In this document: piece after piece, positions 32,244 through 40,132 of the stretch
How positions within the stretch are numbered: the stretch's first letter is position 1
Layout: each line of letters begins with the position of its first letter
Origin: a virus
Lineage: Duplodnaviria; Caudoviricetes
DNA: 64,000 nucleotides
Reading direction: 5' to 3' (one strand)
IMG/VR virus record: IMGVR_UViG_3300028805_002025
Coordinates: 96,001 to 160,000 of that record
Notes under the pieces: generated by a model
Seen by the model: the letters and a program-made list of their open reading frames with translations, nothing else
What the model was told of the DNA's origin: nothing
Database searches by the model: none
Position numbers and translations under genes: made by a program

Positions 32244-34286
32244 TCAGAAGAAGTACTTCACCGAAGCAAAGAAGTTGGTCGGTGCATCCTGCATGTAAAG
32301 TGGCTTTCCAGTGTTCGACAACACACCTGTCTGCATATTGTCCCTGTTGGTGATGTTGTTGATGTGGGCACTGATAAGGAACTTATCCACCTTCAAGCTG
32401 CCATACACATTCAATTGCCACCAGTCTGGAACTCTGGAGTCATTGTTCATGTCGAGGTACATATGGCTGCGATACTTGTACTCAATACCAGCAGACCACT
32501 TCTTCTCACGCCACTCAACACCCTGGTTAAAAATACATCCTGGAGTCAGCACGTGGGTCTTAGTGCCATAGGTCTCAGTCTTAACCTTGTTACTCGAATA
32601 AGAGGAATTGTTGATGAAGTGGAGCTTGTCAACTGGCTCGTAGTCAAAATACAGCTCAATACCCATACGATGACTGTCATCAGCCTTCTCATGCTCTGGG
32701 AGACCGTTCAGACCAAGTGTACCAGTAAGTGAACGCTCGTTCTCAAACAACATGGCAAACAGGTTAAGGTTGGCACTAAATCGCTTCGTTGCAATGTTCC
32801 ATCCAAGCTCAAAGTCATTGGAGGCCTCTGCATCAGTCGTTGTAAGCGCACCAGGATACCACTCATTACCACCGAACATATCAGTTCGTGTCGGTTCACG
32901 GTTGGCTCGTGCGTACTTCAAGTAAACCTCATTGTGACGACCAATCTTGTAGCTTGCATCAGCACCGAAGTTAAGGAAATTCCACTTGGTGTCCTCGTCA
33001 AACTCAACCAGCGGGTTCATAAGGTCACGATACCAGAAGTTAACACCACGATACTGCGCATTGGCTGACAATGTGAGGTTTCCAAACGACTTCTTGGCGT
33101 TCAAGAACACCTCATAGTCCATCTTGTGACCACGATTATCGTAGTACTCAGCAGGGTCGATGTTACGTGCCTTGTCGATATTACGGTCATCAAGATAGTG
33201 CTCACGCTCGAACTTGTAGATATTAGTACCAAGGGTGATAGAACCATCGTTGATGTAGTAACGTGCTGCTGCATTGCCACCGTACATGTGCTGCTTGAGA
33301 CCGTAATTGTAGAGCATACCTGTCTCCATAGGCTCTTCACAGAGGCGAAGCATGTAGTTATCAAGGTCAAAACGATACTCACCCATCAGCATGTTCCAGT
33401 AGAGTGAAGAGGTAAACAGAATCTTCTCACCAAGCCAACTGTTATACGTCAGCTTATTAACGGTCTGGAAGAAATTGTCATCCTCGTCCTTGCTACAGCC
33501 ATTGAGGTGTCGGTTCTTCTCAAGGTCTTCCATAGAGACACCGATATAACCCTGTCCATTGGTATGGTAACCAGTAATCGATAACAGGTCAACCCAACTC
33601 TTCTCATTGATGAAGTAACCCAGCTTGAAGCCAAGTGATTGTGAGTTGTTCTGACTGTGCTCACGATAGCCATCAGTATGTGACAATGTACCACGCACAT
33701 GTAATGCCCACTTACCCATGAGTCCTGTGTTGATGTTTACAGATGTCTTGGCTGATGCGAAGCTACCTGCACCGAACTCAGCATAGGATGTGGTGTTCTT
33801 CAACAGGTCTACAGAGCTGATGTTGATACTTCCACCGTATGATGCAGTTCCTGGATTATAGGTGCTTGTACCACGCCCAACGTCAATTGTACCTGCGTCT
33901 GCCATGATGTCGGGGCTATTAGCGAAGTAGCAGCCAAAATCCTCAGCCTCATTCCAAGGCATACCGTCCAGCGTTACATTAATGCGGGTCTGGTCAAGAC
34001 CACGAATGCGGAAATAGCCGTAACCAAAGTCAGTACCGTTGTCGCTGAATGCGAAGATGGAAGGCATCTTGGCAAACAACCAAGAAGGCTCTTGACCGTA
34101 GTTGTTGGCAACAAGGTTCTTAGAGTCCACAGAACTGCCCAACATGGGGGTAGCACTCCGATAGAAGGAGGTGACGGTGAACTCGTCCAACGTCTGGTTA
34201 ATTACAGAATCTGTACTCTCGATTGTGTCAGCATAGGTCATTGTTGCCATTGCCAGACACATGAATAAACTGATAAACTTTTTCAT
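32244..34286 (-). CDS. TonB-dependent outer-membrane receptor (resembles the Bacteroidetes vitamin/thiamine-type receptors)
   Basis: Signal peptide; TonB-box-like TLDEFTVTS; plug motifs FRIRGLDQTRINVTLDGMPWN and YGGSINI; barrel motifs REPTRTDMF, LNVYGS and INNITNR; C-terminal Phe (KYFF). Confidence 0.9.
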   Translation of the reverse strand: MKKFISLFMCLAMATMTYADTIESTDSVINQTLDEFTVTSFYRSATPMLGSSVDSKNLVANNYGQEPSWLFAKMPSIFAFSDNGTDFGYGYFRIRGLDQTRINVTLDGMPWNEAEDFGCYFANSPDIMADAGTIDVGRGTSTYNPGTASYGGSINISSVDLLKNTTSYAEFGAGSFASAKTSVNINTGLMGKWALHVRGTLSHTDGYREHSQNNSQSLGFKLGYFINEKSWVDLLSITGYHTNGQGYIGVSMEDLEKNRHLNGCSKDEDDNFFQTVNKLTYNSWLGEKILFTSSLYWNMLMGEYRFDLDNYMLRLCEEPMETGMLYNYGLKQHMYGGNAAARYYINDGSITLGTNIYKFEREHYLDDRNIDKARNIDPAEYYDNRGHKMDYEVFLNAKKSFGNLTLSANAQYRGVNFWYRDLMNPLVEFDEDTKWNFLNFGADASYKIGRHNEVYLKYARANREPTRTDMFGGNEWYPGALTTTDAEASNDFELGWNIATKRFSANLNLFAMLFENERSLTGTLGLNGLPEHEKADDSHRMGIELYFDYEPVDKLHFINNSSYSSNKVKTETYGTKTHVLTPGCIFNQGVEWREKKWSAGIEYKYRSHMYLDMNNDSRVPDWWQLNVYGSLKVDKFLISAHINNITNRDNMQTGVLSNTGKPLYMQDAPTNFFASVKYFF

Positions 34287-34609
34287 TTTCTTAAAATGTT
34301 ATTTAATGTTAAACCTTTTTCTTTCTTCTCCTTATTCTTTTCCTCCTTTAACTTCTTCCTCTCTCCCTTGGAAAGCCACCAATGGTCTCTCTCCAGTAGG
34401 ACTATATCGTCTGCATTGCTGCAAAGCCATACAAACCCCATTGCTAAGAAGACACATATCATTCCTGGTATGATAATCCACCAGAATAATATTGATGCTA
34501 TCAGATTAGCAAGAGTTATCTTGTTGTTGGCATAATACAGGAATACCAATGATACGAACGTACCAATAATCCATGATATAATCCACAATACAATTTCAAT
34601 ACCAGTCAT
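34283..34609 (-). CDS. small membrane protein
   Basis: 108 aa, two hydrophobic segments and a Lys-rich tail; 4-nt overlap with the receptor start. Confidence 0.65.
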   Translation of the reverse strand: MTGIEIVLWIISWIIGTFVSLVFLYYANNKITLANLIASILFWWIIIPGMICVFLAMGFVWLCSNADDIVLLERDHWWLSKGERKKLKEEKNKEKKEKGLTLNNILRK

Positions 34610-34613
34610 ATTA

Positions 34614-34790
34614 TTATCCTTTCTTACTTTCTTTTATTGTTTTACCACACTCTGGACAGAACTTGACCTTACCAATGACATCACCAAACATGGTGTTCTC
34701 CCCAAGATATACAAGTTGTCCAGATTCATTCATAAAAATCTTATGACCTTCTCTACCAATGGTTTTCTTTCCTTCACAAAACCTACACAT
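34614..34790 (-). CDS. small zinc-ribbon protein (not in the ORF track)
   Basis: 58 aa, MCRFCEG...KFCPECGK; fills the gap between neighbouring genes. Confidence 0.65.
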   Translation of the reverse strand: MCRFCEGKKTIGREGHKIFMNESGQLVYLGENTMFGDVIGKVKFCPECGKTIKESKKG

Positions 34791-34791
34791 A

Positions 34792-35058
34792 TTATTCTTC
34801 CTTTAAAAATATGTCAACCATACTTCTCAGACCACGCTCAAGACGATAATCCTCATATCTCAACAGGGAGTCGATGGGATTCATATCCTCAGTACCCTCA
34901 AGGATGGTGTCATTAAGGATAGCCTCCTTGTACTCCTTCCAAGTCCAAGAGTTCTTGCCTGGCATCGGTGACATCACTGCGATGGTATCCTCACCATGCT
35001 TCTTTATTTCCTTTTCTACGCTCTTGAGTAGAATCTTTTTTGCTTGCTCTCTGGTCAT
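34792..35058 (-). CDS. hypothetical protein
   Basis: 88 aa, in operon context. Confidence 0.6.
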   Translation of the reverse strand: MTREQAKKILLKSVEKEIKKHGEDTIAVMSPMPGKNSWTWKEYKEAILNDTILEGTEDMNPIDSLLRYEDYRLERGLRSMVDIFLKEE

Positions 35059-35077
35059 ATTATTTTAATTTAATTTG

Positions 35078-35578
35078 TTAATCTTCATTCTTTTTTACAA
35101 ACATTGCATTGTTTTTAGCTGCCCCATACCATAAAACTAATTTATAACCATTTTTTTCATATTCTTTAGCCTCTAGCCAATCAGTTCTACCAATAATGCT
35201 ATCGTAACCAATACAATTGAAAAGTTCTTCTAGAATTCTTATTTCAGCACTGCTTGATTGCGGATAGAATCTATTCTTTAATACATTACCATCATTGTCA
35301 ACGATGCAAGAGCTACAGAAATATCCAGTTGGAAAGCTTCTAAGTACACTATACTCATCAAACTTATCCTTGTTTACAATGAACTTATATTCTGTAAATG
35401 GGTTAAACTGCAAGTCAGAAAAATGGTTCTCAACCATATCTTTAGGCAGTTCATAGTCGCATTCATCTAAATAAACACGACTCTCTTCACACCCTACCCT
35501 GTTTGACCAAAACAGAGTCTCATATGTACCGCACAATTTAAATGATTTTTCATCTTTATTAAAAGCCCAAACTAACAT
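35078..35578 (-). CDS. hypothetical protein
   Basis: 166 aa, first gene after the promoter at 35607-35639. Confidence 0.6.
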   Translation of the reverse strand: MLVWAFNKDEKSFKLCGTYETLFWSNRVGCEESRVYLDECDYELPKDMVENHFSDLQFNPFTEYKFIVNKDKFDEYSVLRSFPTGYFCSSCIVDNDGNVLKNRFYPQSSSAEIRILEELFNCIGYDSIIGRTDWLEAKEYEKNGYKLVLWYGAAKNNAMFVKKNED

Positions 35579-35606
35579 AATTCAATTATTTTTTTAATTC
35601 TATGCC

Positions 35607-35655
35607 GCAAAGATAAATAAAAAAATCGAGACTACCAAATATAGTCCCGATTTTT
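35607..35655 (-). promoter_or_regulatory. Bacteroidetes-type promoter fused to a terminator hairpin
   Basis: Minus strand AAAAATCGGGACTA-TATTTGG-TAGTCTCGATTTTTTT-ATTTATCTTTGC; 20-nt -33/-7 spacing. Confidence 0.8.
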
Positions 35656-35663
35656 AACGTTTT

Positions 35664-37379
35664 TTAAATATTCTCCTCAACCTTGAAATAATATCCCTTA
35701 AGGCGATTTCTCTTTTGGTCAATCTTGCCACTAATCCATTTATACATAGATGTAACAGCAACATTATTTTGTCTAGCAGCCTCTCTGATAGACATATATG
35801 TGACTATAACATTATTATGTAAATCCAACTTTTTTACTAATACTCCAGCATGTGTCTCTGGAGACTTCCTTTTTTTCCTAGTGTTTGAGTTATTAACGTT
35901 TTCTAGTGGCGTTACTTCTCTAAGATTCTCTAATTTATTATTCAAGGGGTTAGAATCAATATGGTCAATTTGATTACCATCCTTTACTCTGCCATTAAAA
36001 CTTTCATATACCAACTTATGAGTGTAATGTGTTTTGTGATTTCCGTTACTATCTATAAGTCCCAATGTGTAATATTGTCCATATTTAATACATTGTCTCA
36101 TAAGATGCTTTCTTTTAACTCTCTTTACGTTTCTATTTTTTTCAATTAGCGTTCGTTCTTTAGCCATAACCCTTCCAAGGTTAGATACAGAGTACAAATT
36201 CTCATACCCAATTGCATCAACCCATTTTTCTCCTGGTAAGTCATCAAAATCAAAGATAGGTGTTACACCAATAGCACCACCTCTTGCAGATAATTTAGCA
36301 CGAGTTTTATGATTGTTAAGCATATTCTCACGTATTGAGCCACCTAATCTCAGATTAGATATTCTGTTGTTTCTAACATTATTATCTATATGGTCTATTG
36401 TATGAGTATATCCAGAAGGTAGTTTAATCTTATGAAAGCTTTCATATATCTTTCTGCTAGCAGAATAAAGTTTTCCACCTAAACACACTTGACCTAAACG
36501 GCTTGCAAAACTAACACGTATTAGTCTGTCTCTAGCTTTTTCTCCATTCTTATTTTTAACACTTATATTCTTAAATCTACCTTCACTACTGCATTGATAT
36601 TGCCCTTCAAACCCTAATACATCTACCCACGTTTCTTCATCAAACTCAATAGAATCATTTTTCCATATACCATTATTCTCTATAATATTTATATCACTAG
36701 TTGGGTTAGTGTATTTTTCTAATTCATCATTTATACATTTTGGACATTTATGAGAATTAAATCTTGGAAAATCTCTACTATTTGTTGTGAAATAATCGTT
36801 GTGTTTTTTGCAAAAAATTTTTATTAAATTACTTTTATCATGATACGAATTTTCATCAACCTCATATATATCACCATATTTTTCTGATACCAATTTACAG
36901 TAATCTTCATAAGACATTCTACGTTCTTGGGTGTTTTTTTCATTTCCACATTTAGGACAACCGTAGCCAGTATATAAATTACTTGGCTTTATGAACCAAG
37001 CACCGTGTTCAACACCATTACAATCCTTTTCATGACATATAACTTTCATGTGAGTTTTACTATTAATATATTCAGCTTCTGAAAAATCATATTTAATGTT
37101 AGGAAAACGTTTATATAAACGCTCTAAAAATTTTACTTTAGTGCCACCTCTTGTTAGTTTAGAATTATTGTTACCTTTTTCCCTTCCACATTTAGGACAA
37201 GCGCAAACAGCATTATTTTTCAAGACGTTATGCGGGACGACTGTTATATCACCATGTTTAGAACAAGTCATTATTAACGGTGAATATGCGCCAGTATAGA
37301 CAGTTTTCTCAAAAGAAACTTCACCTGGAAATCTTTCTTCAACTTCTTTTATAAATTCTTCTGTTGTTTTATTTTGCAT
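35664..37379 (-). CDS. composite HNH homing endonuclease (Zn-ribbon repeats + 2x NUMOD4-HNH + NUMOD1-like)
   Basis: NUMOD4 segments WVDVLGFEGQYQCSSEGR and WVDAIGYENLYSVSNLGRV; HNH segments IDHIDNNVRNNRISNLR and IDHIDSNPLNNKLENLR; C-terminal YMSIREAAR; AT-rich. Confidence 0.85.
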   Translation of the reverse strand: MQNKTTEEFIKEVEERFPGEVSFEKTVYTGAYSPLIMTCSKHGDITVVPHNVLKNNAVCACPKCGREKGNNNSKLTRGGTKVKFLERLYKRFPNIKYDFSEAEYINSKTHMKVICHEKDCNGVEHGAWFIKPSNLYTGYGCPKCGNEKNTQERRMSYEDYCKLVSEKYGDIYEVDENSYHDKSNLIKIFCKKHNDYFTTNSRDFPRFNSHKCPKCINDELEKYTNPTSDINIIENNGIWKNDSIEFDEETWVDVLGFEGQYQCSSEGRFKNISVKNKNGEKARDRLIRVSFASRLGQVCLGGKLYSASRKIYESFHKIKLPSGYTHTIDHIDNNVRNNRISNLRLGGSIRENMLNNHKTRAKLSARGGAIGVTPIFDFDDLPGEKWVDAIGYENLYSVSNLGRVMAKERTLIEKNRNVKRVKRKHLMRQCIKYGQYYTLGLIDSNGNHKTHYTHKLVYESFNGRVKDGNQIDHIDSNPLNNKLENLREVTPLENVNNSNTRKKRKSPETHAGVLVKKLDLHNNVIVTYMSIREAARQNNVAVTSMYKWISGKIDQKRNRLKGYYFKVEENI

Positions 37380-37401
37380 ATGTTAAAAAACGTTTATATA
37401 C

Positions 37402-37447
37402 GCAAAGATATATAAAAAAATCGAGATAAACAAATTTTATCCCGATT
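37402..37447 (-). promoter_or_regulatory. Bacteroidetes-type promoter fused to a terminator hairpin
   Basis: Minus strand ATCGGGATAAA-ATTTG-TTTATCTCGATTTTTTT-ATATATCTTTGC; 20-nt spacing. Confidence 0.8.
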
Positions 37448-37470
37448 ATTTTTAATATTTTTTTAAAATT

Positions 37471-38619
37471 TTATCTCACAAACAGTCCAAGTGGTTTGTT
37501 CTTGAGTACCTTTATAAGGTTATCACTCATTTCAACCTGGTTCTTAATCAAGTTCCAAGGAAGCATTCTCTCCAGCCTTTCCTTCAACTCATTAAGCACC
37601 GTTTCCTTCTCAGACTTGCCCTGTTCAAGAAGCATGTTGTAATCCATCTGCATTTCTGCCTCTGGAATCTTCACAGCACCGCTGTACGTACCCCTAATGA
37701 TACCAAGCAGTATCTTTGCCTCCGCAACTAGCAAACGTCTTATAATCTGCTGTGTTGGGTTGTTCATAAGCTCGTACCTCATCTTATCAAGTGGAACTTG
37801 GTCTGGTGTAATGATAACATCATCCTTGTTCTCCAACATACACTCATCGGTATTTCCAGTTCCAGACACATCATAATAATAATACCACACATAACACTTT
37901 GCATATCTATTCCAACCCCAAACATCGTCTGCCGCTAAGCCACCAAATGATTGTGGAGAACCTGGGGTTGAAAGAAGGTGTACAAGGTGTGTCCCATCAG
38001 GTCCTGCCGTTACCTTGTAAGCCAAGTCTCCTCTAAGCAATGAGTTCTTATATTTCAAGTCAGCGGCCAACAGTGCAGTATCATAAACACTACCTACATA
38101 AAAACCTGTTAATCCTCCCATATAACCAACATTACCAATTTGAGAAAAACCTCCACCTATACCAGTATCCAATGCCCCAATATTGCCAAACAATGCGGCT
38201 TTTGTTGTAGAAGGTGTGACATACATAACCCTATTTATTTCACGTCCAGCTGGAATTACATATACTTGTTTACCTCTCTCAACTTGGAAAAAATCCTTCT
38301 TAAGTTCATAATGTCCTCTTTGTTGAAGACCGACTTCACGGCTAAACCAATATGAATAATCACGTGACCAATCCATTGTACGAACAGTCATTGCATATGC
38401 TAATTCACTGGCATTTTCAAATTGTATGTGGTCTTTGCTTTGAACATTCAACCACTGTGTTTCAATAACCCAATTCTGAACCTTTTCAGAATAATCACCT
38501 ATGGCAACATCCAGTAGGTCACATAATTGTTCATCTTCAAGTTGAACTGAACGAATGGGAGCACCCAAAAGTGTTCTGACAGTCCTAAACAAAGACTTAA
38601 CATCTTCAGTTAATACCAT
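37471..38619 (-). CDS. neck / head-tail adaptor protein (T4 gp13-like)
   Basis: N-terminal LLGAPIRSVQLEDEQL and C-terminal AEAKILLGIIRGTYSG...MDYNMLLEQGKSEKE resemble gp13-type neck proteins. Confidence 0.7.
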   Translation of the reverse strand: MVLTEDVKSLFRTVRTLLGAPIRSVQLEDEQLCDLLDVAIGDYSEKVQNWVIETQWLNVQSKDHIQFENASELAYAMTVRTMDWSRDYSYWFSREVGLQQRGHYELKKDFFQVERGKQVYVIPAGREINRVMYVTPSTTKAALFGNIGALDTGIGGGFSQIGNVGYMGGLTGFYVGSVYDTALLAADLKYKNSLLRGDLAYKVTAGPDGTHLVHLLSTPGSPQSFGGLAADDVWGWNRYAKCYVWYYYYDVSGTGNTDECMLENKDDVIITPDQVPLDKMRYELMNNPTQQIIRRLLVAEAKILLGIIRGTYSGAVKIPEAEMQMDYNMLLEQGKSEKETVLNELKERLERMLPWNLIKNQVEMSDNLIKVLKNKPLGLFVR

Positions 38620-39562
38620 AATTAATTATTTCCTTTAACAAATTATTCTTATTCTTATAAATATCTTCACCAGTTACGTTTTTAAACTTTGTGTAGTACA
38701 AAAGTTTAACACCATTATCATTACACTGTTTTTTCTTTATTATGTCTCTTTTAACAATTGTATTATATTCGTCTTCTCCTCCAAAACGTTCAATTGGTTT
38801 ATAATGCTGTTCACCTTGACATTCTATTGCAATATTGTAATCTGGCAAATAAAAATCCAATGATAAAGATTTATTTAGTTTTAACCAACTAAATTTCATT
38901 TGTCTTTTAAATTTCATATGATTCTTTTCCAAAAAAATAGCAACTTCTTTTTCTAATCTACTTTCATTACAAAATGGGCATCCTTGACCTTGAAGATGTT
39001 TCATAACACTTTGTTTGAATAAGCCGTGAATTGGACAAATAATAGTAATAAAACTTCTGTTATTTACATACTCTTCATTTATAAAAGGATATTGATATTT
39101 ATTTCCATGTTTTTCTTTAAACTTATCAATCAATTCATTAATTTCAAATCTATATTTATCAGATAAACGTTCATATCTGCATTTAGGACATCCGCATTTT
39201 TTATGAATATGGTTATATGGAGTTTGTTTGAATACCCCATGCTTCTTACAAACAATATTCATTTCTTTATCTATACCAGTATATTCAGATATAGAATAGT
39301 CATATTCATCACCATGAACCTCTTTACATTTTTCTATAATAAATTCTTTTGTATACTTTTTTGCATCAGATATATGTTTTCCCCTGCATTTACTGCAACC
39401 ATGATGTCTATATATGTGATGTCTTGGTGATATTTCAAAGTCTCCATGTATTTTGCAAGTAACTATAATATTTGTATCCCAATTGACAAACACTGTTTTT
39501 GAATAATCATATTCGTCGCCATATATTTCAATGGCTCTTTTTATAAAATTCTCTGTATCCAT
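38606..39562 (-). CDS. free-standing putative homing endonuclease, paralog of 6904-7824
   Basis: Three HG..YDYS...C..HG.F...H...GCxxC repeats; LDFYLPDYNIAIECQGEQHYKPIE.FGGE shared with 6904-7824. Confidence 0.75.
   Translation of the reverse strand: MDTENFIKRAIEIYGDEYDYSKTVFVNWDTNIIVTCKIHGDFEISPRHHIYRHHGCSKCRGKHISDAKKYTKEFIIEKCKEVHGDEYDYSISEYTGIDKEMNIVCKKHGVFKQTPYNHIHKKCGCPKCRYERLSDKYRFEINELIDKFKEKHGNKYQYPFINEEYVNNRSFITIICPIHGLFKQSVMKHLQGQGCPFCNESRLEKEVAIFLEKNHMKFKRQMKFSWLKLNKSLSLDFYLPDYNIAIECQGEQHYKPIERFGGEDEYNTIVKRDIIKKKQCNDNGVKLLYYTKFKNVTGEDIYKNKNNLLKEIINYGIN
38656..38665 (-). promoter_or_regulatory. putative late-promoter motif GATATTTATA for the neck gene, inside the endonuclease CDS
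   Basis: Exact copy of the motif, ~37 nt upstream of ATG 38619. Confidence 0.45.
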
Positions 39563-39579
39563 ATTATTTATTACCTATA

Positions 39580-39589
39580 TATAAATATT
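39580..39589 (-). promoter_or_regulatory. putative late-promoter motif AATATTTATA
   Basis: ~18 nt upstream of ATG 39562, downstream of a terminator. Confidence 0.45.
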
Positions 39590-39618
39590 ATCCGATTGGT
39601 AAAAATAATGAATGCTGG

Positions 39619-39648
39619 AAAAAAATGGTGACTACTCTGAGTCACCAT
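39619..39648 (-). terminator. intrinsic terminator overlapping the nrdG stop
   Basis: ATGGTGACT-CAGAGT-AGTCACCAT followed by TTTTTT. Confidence 0.75.
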
Positions 39649-40129
39649 TATCCAAATCAATAACCTTAAATCCTTCCTCTTCCTTCTTCCAAATCCTTTG
39701 GTTCTCTGAACCTCTAAAGGCTAAACTAAGATTCTTCTTGTCTTCTTCAAACTTACCATCGACTATGTAATCCACATAGTCCAAAATCTCACTCATGTGT
39801 TCTGCTACATATTCAAACTTAAAACCTGTGTAAACCCAGATGTCCTTATCTGGGAACTTCTCTTTCAATTCCTTCGCAAAGGATAAAACATCTTCATATG
39901 AACATAGCGGGTCTCCCCCAGAAAAAGTAACACCTTTCAAATAAGGTATGGTAAGGAGCTTGAATATCTCCTTCTTGTCGTCATCGGTGAACTCCCTTCC
40001 ACCGTTAAAGTCCCAGGTCTCTGGGTTGTGGCATCCTTTACAGTGATGGACGCACCCAGAAACCCACACGGTGATTCTGAATCCTATTCCGTTACTAAGC
40101 TCTGGGTACGTTATCTTATTTACTCTCAT
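39632..40129 (-). CDS. nrdG: anaerobic ribonucleotide reductase activase
   Basis: SGCVHHCKGCHNPETW, GVTFSGGDPL, WVYTG, VDGKF and FRGSENQR motifs; directly after nrdD. Confidence 0.95.
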   Translation of the reverse strand: MRVNKITYPELSNGIGFRITVWVSGCVHHCKGCHNPETWDFNGGREFTDDDKKEIFKLLTIPYLKGVTFSGGDPLCSYEDVLSFAKELKEKFPDKDIWVYTGFKFEYVAEHMSEILDYVDYIVDGKFEEDKKNLSLAFRGSENQRIWKKEEEGFKVIDLDNGDSE

Positions 40130-40132
40130 AAC

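Noticed and set aside
34286-35660. TPP or other riboswitch upstream of the TonB receptor or pnuC
   Set aside because: Genes overlap or abut, leaving no leader, and no TPP core motif was seen in the short AT-rich gaps
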